A stretch of DNA of 64,000 nt from Leucoraja erinacea. Its lineage: Eukaryota. Below, in pieces: positions 12,601 to 27,600 of the stretch. The position numbers were made by a program, and so were the translations under genes. The stretch covers positions 29,822,001 to 29,886,000 of the forward strand of contig NC_073389.1 of the NCBI RefSeq assembly GCF_028641065.1, given 5' to 3'. Every line of letters begins with the position of its first letter. Position 1 is the first letter of the stretch. The notes under the pieces were generated by a model. That model did no database searches. It was not told where the DNA came from and was given only the letters and a program-made list of their open reading frames with translations.

Positions 12601-15600
12601 GGGAGGTTCACTCGTGCTGCTCAGGAGGATTTAAACTAGAGAGGTGAGGGGTGCTTCAGAGAAGTAGATCAAAAACAAGGAGGAGTGATGGGAAGGTAGA
12701 GGTTAGGATAGTAAGTCTCAAAGGAAGGACAGGCAGGGAAAGTTGAAGTTACGTGATTATGTTGATGAGCTAAAGAGCATTTATTTTGATGCAAGAAGTA
12801 TTGTGGAGAAAGCATGAATGAATGAATAAGTTTATTGACCAAGTATTCACATACAATGAATTTGCCTTGGTGCTCTGCCCGCAAATGACAACGACATACA
12901 GTGACAGTTAGGAATGACACATAAAACATTAAACATTAATAATAAAACATTATTGATTAAACATGTGAATCAAATAAAATACCAGAGCAAAAGGAGACTA
13001 CAGATTTTTGGTTATTGAGTAGAGCTACTACTCGTTGAAAAAGCTGTTTTTATGTCTGGCTGTGGCAGCTTTGACAGTCCGGAGTCGCCTTCCAGAGGGA
13101 AATGATTCAAAGAGTTTGTGGCCAGGGTGAGAGGGGTCAGAGATGATCTTACCCGCTCGCTTCCTGGCCCTTGCAGTGTATAGTTCCTCAATGGAGGGAA
13201 GGTTGCAGTCAATAACCATCTCAGCTGATCTGACGATTTGCTGCAGCCTCCAGGTGTCGTGCTTGGTGGCTGAGCCAAACCAGACCACGATGGAGAAGGT
13301 GAGGATAGACTCTACGATGACCGTATAGAATTTGACCATCATTGCCTGTGGCAGATTGTGCGTCCTCAGCTGCCGCAGGAAGTACATCCTCTGTTGTGCC
13401 TTTTTGACTGTGGAATCGATGGTAGTCCCCCATTTAAGGTCCTTGGAGATGATGGTGGTTCCCAGGAACTTAAAAGATTCCACAGATGTGTGTTGTTGAT
13501 GGTGAGTGGGGTGAGGAGAGGGGGAGCTCGCCTCAAGTCTACTATCAATTCCACTGTCATAAGAGCATTGAGCTCCAGGCCGCCAGCTGTGTCACTTAGA
13601 GCCTGGATCAGTGCTTGGGACTATGATGTTGTAGCCATTGCAGAAATGTGGTTGCAAGAGGAACACGATTGGCAGCTCAATATTCTGGGGTTTCGATGTT
13701 TCAAATATGATCAAGAGGGCAGCATAAGAGGTAGAGGAGTTGTGATACCAATTGGGGAGATTGTCACTGAGGTACCCAGAGAGAAGATACTGTAGGATGC
13801 GTCCGCTGAGGTGATTTGCATAGAGCTTAAAAGTAAGAAAGGTGCATTGAGACATCCACAAACAGCTATTTTGCCGCAAATCACTGTGCAGTTTAATTGC
13901 ATGTGATGGCTGCCAACTGTCTCTTTCCTTCTGTGCTATGTCCATGAGAATTAGTTGCAGGTTAGAACTGGATATGAGTTAAAACATTCATTTTTTCAGT
14001 TGTATGAGAGTAAAGGCAAAGTGTGCTACAGATTCAAGTTACATGAGACATGTAAAAGTTCCATCCTGGGCAGTGAAATGGATTCCTCAAATAAAACTCA
14101 AATTGTTTCATCTTTAAATAGTTCTATATTGTGCATTGTGTTTAAGCCTTTGGCTGCAACTTAAGACGGTTCTAATCTGACGTGAAATGATGGCCTACGA
14201 ATAAAAGAGAAAAGGCAAGATATTTAACACGTGGATTTATTTTTGGAACTGGTTGTACAGTTTTAACAGAAGGCGATAATTCCATTGAAAGCATATCTAT
14301 TAAACGACTGAGGCTAAATTAAGATTTGTAATAAGATTGTTTGCAATAAGATTGTTTGCAATGTGATTATTTATTTGTTTATTTATTTATTAATAATTAT
14401 TAAGGTGGTTATTAAAACAATAATTGCATTTCAAGTAAAAGCTATTCTGAAATGTAGTCACTGTATTGATTCAAATGATATGCCCTATCTCTTCCAGTCG
14501 AAATCAACTTTCTACATTGCCATTGTGCATCTGTGCCCTTCCTCTTAAAGTGTTGGTAGTCAGTAACAATAAGCTGGTGTCGCTTCCAGAAGATATTGGA
14601 CAGTTGAAGTGTTTAATGGAACTGGTATGTATTACTTTATTGTAAAGTGCATTTAATAAATTTAGTCCATCTAACTATATTCTTTTGAGCTTCCCAGCAT
14701 CCGTTCTTATATTTGGTGTCAATTTTAATCATGTAAGCCAAAATGCAATAATTAGCACACTGGAGGTAAATTTCTTATGAGAATAAAATGTCATTGTCAA
14801 CATTCTTAGTAATAGATCCACATTGATTATAAACGTGAACAGACTGATTTAAAGTGTTTCAAATATTTCAAGCACTTGGTACCCCCAGGACAACATTTCC
14901 ATTTGGATAAATGCAGGTATTTTTCTTGAAAGTTTGGCAAATAGTATTGTGTTACATTTTTCCCTTTCGCTGATTGAGAATCCAAAAGATTATACTGAAA
15001 AACACGTATTAAGGGGAGAGTGCAAATAAGATGAAAGATGCTCCATAAATTTGAGTTCCTAAGAAAGACATGGAGGAAACTGGAATGGATCTTGATTTCA
15101 ATGCACAATGTAAGTTGGAGAGAATTATCAGTAAAAGATCATCAGCCTGTCCCTCTGAGTTACTCCAGCTTTTTGTGTCTATCTTCAGTTTAAACCAGCA
15201 TATGCAGTTCCATCTTACATATTTTAGGTAGGTCTTCATTCCCATTCTAAGCAGTTAGCAGTTTTCAACTTGGACATACCTGAACTTCATGGAAAGAGGA
15301 ATAAAAATTACTTATAGTTAAAAGGGGAGCTGGGGTCCTTGGAGGTAGCTTCAGCAATTAATTATATAAAATATAGTGTTTGTTGCATTTTCCACAATCT
15401 CAATGTAGTGTAACGTGCAGTTAATAAATACCTTTTGAACGCAGACATTGCCACAATGAAGAAGATTACAAATGTATATTTTTGCTCAGCAAAGCCCCAT
15501 GAAGAGCTAAGAAATACAGATTTGGTTAACCTATTTAAGGAATCAGCATGGACAGATCCCCTCTACTGTGCTGAGATGTCAGCTTTGATTTTGAGCTAAG

Positions 15601-18600
15601 GTCTCTGATGTAGGACTTGAACCCAGAATCTGAGAACTTGAATGATTGACCCAAGCCTGTATGATGAGTTTAAAGTAGGAGAAAACAATGAAACAGAAAT
15701 GTAGGAACTTTTGTGTAGATTTTACCAAAATGTTGTACTTGCATACAGGTCAACTCATCATCTTTCATGTTTGTGTATTATGATAACCACAATATATTGT
15801 GAATCAAGTTTGTGGTCCAAGCAAACCAATGTTTCGTGACAGTCACATTCCATCCCAATGATCTGAATTTCAAAACTTTGCTAGGAGTTGAAATGGAATG
15901 CTAAATACCATGTCATTCAAAGAAAGAATGTGATATGTGATTTGGTATGTCAGTATTCATTTCAGCAGAAGAGATATCTGTACACATTTTCTTGCCACCA
16001 CTGTGCTGATCGCAAATTGTGCTGCTCTTGTTTCTTGGGGTAAGATGGAAGCTGAAAAATGAAGAGAAAAAAATCAACAATGTGTAGGTTTAGGTTTGCA
16101 ATCTCAACACCACATCCATGTTTGCCCTCCATTTTCAGTTCAAGGCAAAGGCTAGATTTTGTTTAAGGAAAAGGGTGGAGCAAGAGTGATATACGGGGAG
16201 GACATTTGGGATGTAGTGAGTCATGGGAAACTTGAATAGGATATGGTGCAGTCTAGTTACACAACTAGAGAATATATACAGTAATTCCCGGCAATGAAGA
16301 CGCACCCCCATTATGAGTTGCTAACTTTTGGAAAAAGGCTGGCGGGACAGAATCGGTGGGGGGTGGAGGATGACGGCAATTGGAGAGATGGTGGGGAAAA
16401 ACGGGAGCACACCAGGAGAAGTTGAATCAGTTGTGATCTTATTGAATGACAATACTAGTTCAAGGGATCAATTGAGGTTACTCGCGCTGACACAGGAGTA
16501 AGCTCCACCGCCCCCTGTCCTGTTATCCATCGCCCGCTGACCCGCTCCGCTCCGCTCTATGAACTTTGCTCTTGAGCTGGTCCCCTCACTGTCCGGTCTC
16601 CGAGCCAGGTCAAAAATAGGGATAACGAGAATTTCGAAACTAATCGCTATTGTTTTTGTGCGCGTCTGTTGTCAAGGCAGCAGCATTCTTATTCTCTCTG
16701 TTATTCTCACTTGACCAACAACCGCCACACACCTCCAAAGCGTGTCCCCATGCAAATTTCCATTGAAACACATGGACCGGGCATTGAATGCCATGCAGTG
16801 TCACCCAGCGCAGCAAGTGAGGCCATGTCCTGCTCCCGGCGGTAGTCGGAATTTAAGGATTTGCGGTGAGCGGCTGACATGAGTGAGGCCAGCGAGCGGC
16901 AGGAGAGAGGTGTTCAGACGGAGAGCACTGCCAGAGGTGAGCGGGGAACTGAGGCCAGTTGGCCGTGATGTCCGGATCCCAATGCACAGCGCTTTGTGTT
17001 TCGGAGATGGGTAATGTTATTGATTTGTAATTAGTTGACAGAGACTTAATTTATTAATTCGGAATATCCAGTGGAATGGGATAAATGTAATATTAAAATG
17101 ACATGCAAGGTGTTTATTGTCATGTGTCCCAGATAGGACAATGAATTTTTTGCTTGCTGCAGCACAACAGAATATTACAGAACATAAATACAGAACTGAT
17201 CAGTGTGCCCATGTAGCATTGACCATATATATACACACATAAATAAACAGATAAAGTGCAATAGGCTGTTATAGTTCAGAGTTTGTTTGATGGTGAGTTT
17301 AATAGCCTGGTGGCTGTGGGGAAGAAGCTGTTCCTGAACCTGGATGTACCAGATTTCAGGCTCCTGTACCTTCTACCTGATGGCAGCGGAGAGATGAGTG
17401 TGTGGCCAGGATGCTGGCAGCCTTTTTGAGGCAGCAACTACAATAGATCCCTTCGATAGTGGGGAGGTCAGAGCCGATGTTGGACTGGGCAGTGGTCACA
17501 ACTTTCTGCATTATTTTCGCTCCTGGACACTCAAGTTGCCGAACCAAGCCACGATGCAACCAGTTGCATGCTCTCTACTGTGCACCTGTAGAAGTTTGAG
17601 AGAGTCCTCTTTGACATACCGACTCTACGTAATCTTCTCAGGAAGTAGAGGCACTGATGAGCTTTCTTAATAATTGCATCAGTGTGCTGGGACCACGAAA
17701 GATCTTCGGAAATATGCATGCCCAGGAATTTGAAGTTGTTGACTCTTTCCACCATCATCCCGTTGATATAAACGGGATTGTGGGTCCCTATCCTACCCCT
17801 TTCAAAATCCACAGTCAGTTCCTTGGTTTTGCTGGTGTTGAGAGCCAGGTTATTGTGCTGGTACCATTTGGTCAATCGGTTGATCTCACTTCTGTACTCT
17901 GACTCGTCACCATCAGTGATTCATCCCACAACAGTGGGGTCGTCGGCGAACTTGATGATGGAGTTCGCACTATGTCCGGCTACGCAGTCATGAGTATAGA
18001 GTGAGTAAAGCAGGGGGCTGAGCACGCAGCCTTGAGGTGCTCCCATGCTAATTGTTATCGAGGATAACACATTTCCACCAATAGGGAGAGATTGTGAATG
18101 AGGAAGTCGAGGATCCAATTTCAGAGGGATGCGCAGAGACCCAGATCTGAGAGCTTGGTAACCAGCTTGGAGGGGATGATGGTATTAAATGCCGAGCTGT
18201 GGTCAATGAATAACAGCCTGACATATAAGTTTTTGTTGTCCAAGTGGTCCAGAGCGGAGTGTAGAGCTAGTGAGATCGCATCCACCGTTGATCTGTTGTC
18301 GCCTATCCCGGAATTGGCTGTAGCGCCCAGGTCGCCTGTGAGCCTCAGTTCTGCTCTTCGGTCCCGGGGGCCTCTCGCAGCCACTCGAGCTACTGAGTGA
18401 TCCCCGCCCCCCTCCTTCTCAATGCTCCTGCCCGCCCCGCAACTTTACCCCTCGTGGCCCAGCCATGCTGACCCGGGCCAGACTCCCCACGCGCTGTGGA
18501 AGGAACTCTTTCCCCCCCCCCCCCCCCCCCAGCGGTGCTGTCCTTTTACAGCCGCTGTACTTGGGGATAGCCAAGTCTATCTTTCTTGGCTAACAATCTA

Positions 18601-21600
18601 ACCTTCGACCTCCAGGACGCAGGTAAATTTTCGGGCCTTATTTTAGGGTAAAAAATAGCGTCTTCATTGCCGGGAAATACGGAATGGTTGCCCTCCAGTT
18701 TCAGTTCAAGGCAAAGGCTAGATTTTGTTTAAGGAAACAGGGTAGAGCAAGAGTGTGGTATTAGGGGAGGAAATTTGGGATGCAGTGAGTGATGGGAAAC
18801 TTGAATAGGATACCGTGCAGTCAAAATTACATAACTAGAAAATATATATGATTTCAAAGGAGATGACAAGGAACAGGAAAACAATCAGAGGATAAGATAG
18901 ATAAATGGGTCCAGGAGGCACAGTGTCGACAATTCCAAATGACACAAAAAAAAACACTTTTGAATGTGAGAATATAAGATTTAAAATAGGTCATTAGACC
19001 CCCTGGAACTCTCTGCCACAGAGGGTAGTTGAGGCCAGTTCATTGGCTATATTTAAGAGGGAATTAGATGTGGCCCTTGTGGCTAAGGGGATCAGGGGGT
19101 ATGGAGAGAAGGCAGGTACGGGATACTGAGTTGGATGATCAGCCATGATCATATTGAATGGCGGTGCAGGCTCGAAGGGCCGAATGGCCTACTCCTGCAC
19201 CTAATTTCTATGTTTCTATGTTCTATGTTTGTGCCTGCTCCATCATAAAATAAGGTAATGGATGAAATAAGCAAGGGAACATTATTTTTTTGGGGGGGGG
19301 GAAGACAAGTATTAAACTGGAATTGCTAGGATTTAGGAGACTCAGAAATATAAAGAGAAAGTACAAGTTAATCCAACTGCAAGGAAGACATTGAGATTTA
19401 GTATTCAATAAATGGAATACAAATTCCTCAAAAGTTGTGCTAATCCTGTTCTTATTATTTGCTTGAACCACAGTTAAATTATATTCCGGTTGAGAGCCCA
19501 ATTTTGCAAGGAGAATGATACACTAAACATTTTTAAAGAACTTTGATAATGCCATGATACTGGAAGGAGAAGAGCGTTTTTGATATTTGAATGGTTTTAA
19601 GACATCTAGGAATTGAGTTGGTAACAAGAAGACATCAATTCAAAAATCCACAGAAATATGAAGGAAACATTTTTTTACTCAAGTGGTTGGGAGGCGGAAT
19701 AGCTTTTAAGGGTCAAACGTATAAATAATTAGATAGAAACCTTTCAAAGATAAGTGGAAGGGGCAGAAAGTCCACAGTTTATCAGAGCCGACACAGGTAT
19801 GAAAAGCTGATTGACCTTGTTTGTGCTGTACAGTCATATATTTCCATAACTCTACTGGTGGGTCACTCTGAAACTTTTCAGGACAGTAATATTCTGTTTT
19901 TAATTTGCATTCTCTTATCTTTCTGGTCTCAAACTTAAGACAGAATGATGCATTATGTTTGGCATTCATTACATTCTGAGCATCAGTAAAACCACTAACT
20001 CCTCCAACTATTTTGGAGATGTGGATCATTTAATGTTTGCCCATGGTAGATATTTTATGCTTGCTGCTCTTCTCTGTGTCACTTCCCATTTTGATGCATT
20101 ATGACAGGCACATTATTTTGTACACCTCTTACCAAGTCTCAAGTGAGAGTTGACCATTGCTTTGCTTGATAAAGACTCGGCACAACTTCTGTAAATGTGT
20201 ATTCCACTTTCCAACTCGGTAGCAATCCTTGCCCTGTCTTCTGCTTACTTCTCTCTTACTGTCAGCTCAATCAGCTCAATTGGTCAGGCACAGCACTATG
20301 GGTATACACTCACCTTTGAGTCAAAACATTGGGATTGAGTGGGAAGAAAGCGGTTCATGGAAATCAGCGTCCTGTTCCAGAGTCAAGCACAACATTTTCC
20401 ATCACGTAAGATTTTAATTGTTATGCGGCAACCAATCCCTGCCAACATTATACTCCATTTAAGTCACCTAATTTTCTTCACGTGATGACCCTTCATTGGT
20501 ACTCTGTATGATATTGGATGAAACCAAAACCCTATCTGCTCCTTAAGATGGCTAAAGGATTTTGTGTTTCAAGGAATGACAAGGATGTCCTGATCAACAT
20601 TGATGCCTCAATCAACACAGGGAGACGATTCATTTAGACAATAAACAATAGATGCAGGAGTAGGCCATTCGGCCGTTCGAGCCAGCACCTCGATTCACTG
20701 TGATCATGGCTGATCATCCACAATCAGTACCCCGTTCCTGCCTTCTCCCCATATTTCTTAACCCCGCTACCTTTAAGAGCCCTATCTAACTCTCTCTGGA
20801 AAGCATCCAGAGAATTGGTCTCCACTGCCTTCTGAGGCAGAGAATTCCGCAGATTCACAACTCTCTGGGTGAAAAAGTTTTTCCTCATCTCCATTTTAAA
20901 TGGCTTACCCCTTAGTCTTAAACTGTGGCCCCCTGTTGTACCTGCATGCTCACTTTCAGTGACTGATGAACAAGGACACCCAGATCTCATTGTAACGCCC
21001 CTTTTCCTAACGACACCATTCAGATAATAATCTGCCTTCCTGGTCCTATTATCAATATCACTAATATATTGTATGATCGTGCTTTCAAAAATGGTGGCTC
21101 CATTTTCTGCATTGAAACAGAAACTTTATTTTAGAAATATGTCATTATCCATAAGGAAGCTTGGTAAAAATCTTGAGTCTGGGAAAAGCATTAGATAAAT
21201 GTGGGCTTTATCTATGTTTTATTAGCAGGTGCTTCCAGCATGCGTTCTCGCTTGTCAGCACATTCTCACGGATATCCCTCTGTTGCCACCATGTGCCATT
21301 TCACCATGATGATGTAATGGGGATGATTATTGAGCTCTCTCAGTGCTTTTAAGCATAGTTCCCAATAGGCTCAGTATCCCAAATCACGGAAGCAGACCTG
21401 TCAGCCCAGCAGAAAGCACCTATCTAAAACAAATTCCATTTAAAAGCACTTGGTCCAGTGGCGTGGCGATTCCAATGCCGTGGTCCAATGCCGTGGCGAT
21501 TCGTGCTCATCTGGATGCACAAATATGGAGTGAAAATCTGCTTCCCTCGCCTTCTCAAACAAAAGTTTCTAGATTTCAACCACCCTGTGGGTGAAAATGA

Positions 21601-24600
21601 TTCCTCCTCCGATCCAATCTAATTCCTCTCATTATTTCGTACAACTTTTGCCAAGTCTCCTCTTTTTCTCTTTTGCTCCAAGCAAACCAAATTCAGCCGA
21701 TTGAATCTCTTCATAGTTGAAATGTTCCATCCCAAACAACTTCCTGGTGAATCTCATCTGCACCTTCTCACTTCCTTCCTAATAATGCGGTGATCTGAAC
21801 CACACGCTGGACTCCAGCTGTGGTCTAACCAATGTTCTATAAAGTTTTACCAAGTTCTCCATGCTCTTACGTTCTGTGCCACCATCAGGAATCTTTGGAC
21901 ATAGACCAAGGTTCCTTTGCACCATTGTTAGGGCGCAACCATTTTTGGTATATGTGATGCTCTTTTTTTAACACCCCTTCCCCAAAAAAACCCAAAATGC
22001 AACACCTCACTCTTACATGAATTGGCCATTGCTTGGCCCAATTTACCAGCTCATCAGTGTTGTTCTGTAGCCTAAGACTACCCTCCTCACAATCAATTAC
22101 AGCAGTTGGCTGCGCAATGCGCAGTTGATAGAGCCACGGCCTCACAATGGCAGAGACCCAGGTTCAGTCCTGACCTCGGGATGCTATCTGTGTGGAATTT
22201 GCATGTTCTCCTTATAACTGTGTGGGTGTCCTCTGGGTGCTCTGGTTTCCGCTCACATCCGACTCATGGGTTTATAGGTTATTTGGCCTCTGTAAAAAGT
22301 GCCCCATGTGCATAAAGAGTGGATGTGACAAAGTGGGATAACATGGAACTAGTGTGATAAGGTGATTGATTGTCGGCATGGACCCAGTGGGCCGAAGGGC
22401 CTATTTTCATGCTTTATCTCTAAACTAAACTGATGAAACCTCACTGATTTTCATATCATCTGCAAATGTAATATAACATGTCTTGTGATTTTTCTCAATC
22501 CTATCTGCCAGTTTTTTTTTGTGAATGCACTTTGCCCTCATAATTTCTTTTTTAAGCATCCCTCCCTCCTCCGGTACCCGATACTCACTGTACCATCCGG
22601 TGCAGTGGCACAAAGCTCTGTATACATTCGTATAGGTAGTTCGAAAGAAAACCTCATAATAACTTTGTTTTTGCTTTTTACCATTCAGGACGTGAGTTGT
22701 AATGAAATTACAACTTTGCCACAACAAATGGGACAACTTCAGTCGCTCAGAGAGTTGAACGTCAGACGAAATTATCTGCAGATTTTGCCAGAGGGTGAAG
22801 CTGTTTTTGAATTTCTTGATATCTTGCTATTTCCTCACGAGCCAGTGAAATAGTTCATGTAAATACTGAAGCACTTCATTTTTTCTCCTGCAGAGCTGGC
22901 AGACCTCCCTCTTGTGAAATTAGACTTTTCCTGTAATAAGATTGTATCGATACCAATCTGCTACAGAAACATGAAGCATCTACAGAATATACAAATGGAT
23001 AACAATCCACTGCAGTCTCCGCCAGCACAGGTCAGTCATTTACTAAAAGATATCCAATGCCATTTTAAAAATGCCCTTTCTGGTGCTTTGAAGATAGATT
23101 CAATGTAAACTACTGCTGAAACTGCTCTTTGCTCATATGGAATAAAAACATAGCACATCGGCAATATATGTGGAGAAACTGGTAAGTGAACTTTATAAGG
23201 TGAATGAGTTTTCATCAGACTAGAGAAAACTTAGACATCAAACATGATTTTTGCAATGAAGAAGGGTGTAAAAAAAGAGTGGCACAGCAGTGGAGTTGCT
23301 GCCTTACAGTGCCAGGGCCCCAGGCTCGATCCTGACCTCTGGTGCTGTCTGTGCGGAGTTAGCATGTTCTCGCAGTGACTGCATGGGTTTTCTCTGGGTG
23401 TTCCTGTTTCCTCCCACATCCTAAAGATGTGTGGATTTGTAGGTTAATTAGCTTCTGTAATAAATGATCCCTACTGTGTAGTGTATATTGGTAATCGCTG
23501 CTCGGCGTGTACTCGACGTTTGAAGGGCTTGTTTCCATGCTGTATGTCAAAAAAACACAATGGTGGTGGAGCTGATTGAGAAAGGCCACTGATGTCTCTG
23601 TGCGATTGTACAGGGCTTCCTGGGATCCCATCCAGAGCACATTTCTTGCCTCCTTAGCTGAGGAAGATGTTAGAATCTTTCCAACACTGACCTTTCCATC
23701 CTGGGCCTCCTCCATTACCAGAATGAGGCCACACGCAGACTGGTGGAACAACACCTCATATTCCGCTTGCGTAGCTTACAACCCAGCGGTATGAACGTCA
23801 AATCTTAGCTAACCTCTAATTTCCCCCCCTTTTCTCTTCGCCACCCCCTCTAATTGACCTCCAAACCTTTGGCATGTGGGAGGAAACCGGACCACCTGGA
23901 GAACCTACGAAGAACCTACGAACTCCGTACAGACAGCACCCATAGTCAGGATCGAACATGTGTCTCTGGCGTTGTAATGTAGGAATTCTACCGCTGCGCC
24001 ACTCTGCGGCCTAAATTTCTAGGCCTCATCTTTACCATAGATGCTCGGTCCCTTTACAGTTCCATTCCCCACCAGGAAGGTCTCAAGGCCTTCCGTTTCG
24101 TCCCCAAACAGAAATCCAATAATTTTCCCCTCATGAACTTGTCCTCAGCCTAAACAATTTCTCTTTTGACTCCTTTCACTTTCTTCAGGTTGTAGCCATG
24201 GGTGCTTGCATGGGCTCCAGCTATGCCAGCTTTTTGTTGGTTATGTCGAATAGTCCTTGTTCCAAACGTACACTGGAACTATTCCTCAGCTCTTCCACCA
24301 CAAAATCGACAACTGCATCGGGGCTGCCTCCTGCAGCTGTGCAGAACTCATTGATTTCTTTAACTCTACCTCTAGCTGTCACCCTGCCCTCAAATTCACT
24401 TGGAATATCTCCAACATCTCTACAACATATAATCCTCCGAAATTTCCGCCATGCAACACGTAATCCGAAGTTTCTGCCACCTCCAACGGTATTCCACCAC
24501 TAGCCACATTTTCCCATCTTCACCCCTTTTCGCCTTCCTCAGACTGTTCCCTCCGCAACTCCCTGATTAACTCATTCCTTCCCACCCAAACCACCCTGTC

Positions 24601-27600
24601 CCCAGATACCTTCCCCTGCAACTGCAGAAGATGCAACACCTGTCGCTATACCTCCTCCCTCAAGTCTGTCCAGGGACCCTGACAGTCCTTTCAGGTTATG
24701 CAGAGGTTCACTTGCATCTCCTACCTCATCCGTTGTTCAAGATGTGAATTCTTTACATCGGTGAGTCCAAACGCAGACTGGGCGATCATTTCGCGGAACA
24801 CCTTTGCTCAGCCCTCGTGAACCAAGCTGATCTCCCGGTTGCTGGACACTTTAATTCTCCTTCCCATTCCCACACAGACCATTCCGTCCTCAGTCTCCTC
24901 CATTGTCAGAGTGAGGCTAAACGTAAATTGAAGGAATAGCATCTCATATTTCGCTTGGGCAGCTTACAGCCCAGTGGTATGAATATTGATTTTTCTCACC
25001 AGGTTAGCCCAGCATTCCCTCTCTCGTAATCCCTCCCCCACCCAAGTCGCACTAGCTTCTCATTTTCACCCTACAAACAGCTTACAATGTTCTGTTTCCT
25101 TTATCATCAGTACTTTGTTGCATATCTTTCATTCATTGTTCTTTATCTCTCCATATCGTCGTCTATATCGCTCGTTTCCTTTATTCCTAACCAGCCTAAG
25201 GAAGAGTCTCGAACCGAAACATCACCCATTCCTTCTCCCCAGAGAGGCAGACTACATCTACAACAAACCTACCTACTCCCACAGTTCTCTGGATTACACG
25301 GCACCCCACACTGCCACTTGCAAAGATGTTATCACCTCCTCTCAATTTCTCCATTTCCGTTGCACCTGTTCCCAAGATGAGGCTTTCCATTCAGGGATAT
25401 CCAAGATGCCCTCTTTCTTTAATAAAGTTCCCCCCCCCCCCCCCCCCCCCCCTTCTGTCATAGATGGATCACTTACCCATGTCTCCTCTGTGTCCGTTAG
25501 TTTTTGCTCGCACTCCTCCTCCTCCCACTTGGAACAAGAACACAATCAATCTGAAGAAAGGTCCTGATCTAAAACATTACCTATCCATGTTTTCCAGAGA
25601 TGCTGTCTGACCTGCTAAGTTACTGTAGCACTTTTTTGGGGAAATCTGCATAAGTAGTTCCTAGTTTCTAAGTTAAACTGCTGTAGGAACTCATCAGTTC
25701 TGACAGCAACAGAGGAGGGAATGTGCAGATGGCATTTTGTGTCAGGACTCTTCCTCGGAACCTCTATTTCCTCCACAGATGCTGCCTGACCCACGGAGGT
25801 CCTTTCGCAAATTGTTTTTTGTTCAACATTTCAGCATCTGCAGTCTCTTGTGCCCCCGTGTATCTTTACTTCTTTCCTTTCACCATTCAGGGACCCAGTC
25901 TTTCCTTCCATATGAAGCTCTGATTCCTTTACTCTTATGATTTACCATCTACATTTGCTGCTAACAATATTGTTTTCTCCACATTGGACTCTGCTCAGAA
26001 CAACTCCATTCAGTCAGCCAGGGTAATCCTGTGTTTCCAGCTGCCGTCACTTCTCCAATTTCAAATAACCAGCTTTTACAAATTGATCAGAAATGTCCAG
26101 ATCTAATAAAGCGTCACAAATCTGACATTTTAACTCTGCCTCTCTCTCCATAAATGCCTAACCTGCTGAGATTTTCTGTTTTTATTTCCAATAACTACAG
26201 AATTTTACTTCTCTACCCAGTGTCGGCAGCTCCAACAGTTTTTAGAAAAAATTAATTTCATTTCCTGTCTTGATTTATCTCCTCCTGTTAACATTTCTTC
26301 CAGGCAGATTATCTATATTTAACAAGCCTTCACTGCCCCTCTCAATATGCATCAATAACCCATGTATCATTCAGTCTCTTGGTCTCCACCTTATCCGTTA
26401 GATTTTTCCTCACCTTTCTCCACCTTTCCTCTCCATCTTGAAACATGTTTCTCGACCTTTTCAGTTCAGATGAAAGGTCATCGAGCTGAAAAGTTCAACG
26501 TTATCCTGCCTGACTTGATTAATATTCCCGTCATTGTTTTTTTTAGATTGCCAATATTTTAGTTTTTGATTCCAGTGCTAATATGGAGCCAGTCATTGGA
26601 GGTGGCTTGTTGTGATTTCTTGTAGCTGTATAAAATTTTGGTTAGTATTGTTTGCAGTTCTGGTCACCCTAATACAAGAAAGATGTGGAGGATTTGGAGA
26701 TGATGCAGAAGAGGTTTTCTCAGCCTGATTTGGAAAACCTCAGAGGGTATTGGCTATAAAGAGAGTTTGGATGAAGTTACATTGGAGCATCAGAGACTGA
26801 GGGGAAACCTAATAAAAGTACATCAAATTATGAGAGGGCTAGATAGAAACATAGAAAATAGATGCAGGAGTAGACCATTTGGCCCTTCGAGCCTGCCATT
26901 CAATATGATCATGGCTGACCATCCAAAATCAGTACCCTGTCCTGCTTTCTCCCCATATTCCTTGATTCCATTAGCTCTAAGAGCTAAATCTAACCCTCTT
27001 GAAAACATCCAGTAAATTGGCTTCCACTACCTTCTATGGCAGAGAATTACACAGATTCACAACTCTATGGGTTAACAAAGTTTTTCCTCATCTCAGTCCT
27101 AAATGGCCTACCCCTTATTCGTAATAGGGTAGACTGTCAGAAGCTTTTTCCCAGGATAGAAATGTCAAATATTAGAGAGCATAGCTTTAAGTTGAGCATA
27201 GTTTAAAGGAGATGCGCTGGGCTAGTTATTTTTATACATAGAGTGGTGGGTGTCTGGAACATGCTGCCAGAAGTATTCGGTGGGCCGAGGGACTTATTTT
27301 CCATGCCAAAAGTGAACCATTTTGGTAGGAAGAAAAAGGAGAGGCAACGTTATTCAAAGGACACTGCTGTAAAAGGGGAATTGAAGGAGAGGAACTGGAG
27401 AGGTGAATGGCTACACGTCATGAAAGCAGCAGGGCGGGTTTAACAAGATGTATCTGGGCTTTATCAATAGCTTATAAATTCTGGGAAGTGACGCTCAACC
27501 ATAATCGACACGTGCCCTTCGTCAGCTGGACTATTGTGTTTATTTTGGGAAGGAAGTGGAGAGCCTAAAGGAGATTTATCAGAATAGTTCCTGGGAGGAG

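Noticed and set aside
22485-23108. Stand-alone LRR ORFs of 122 aa and 64 aa
   Set aside because: Only the parts bounded by splice sites are LRR-like; the rest is intron read-through.
22105-23550. tRNA genes
   Set aside because: Only degenerate A/B-box heads of SINEs are present; they are followed by the SINE core and CR1 tail and do not form a full cloverleaf.
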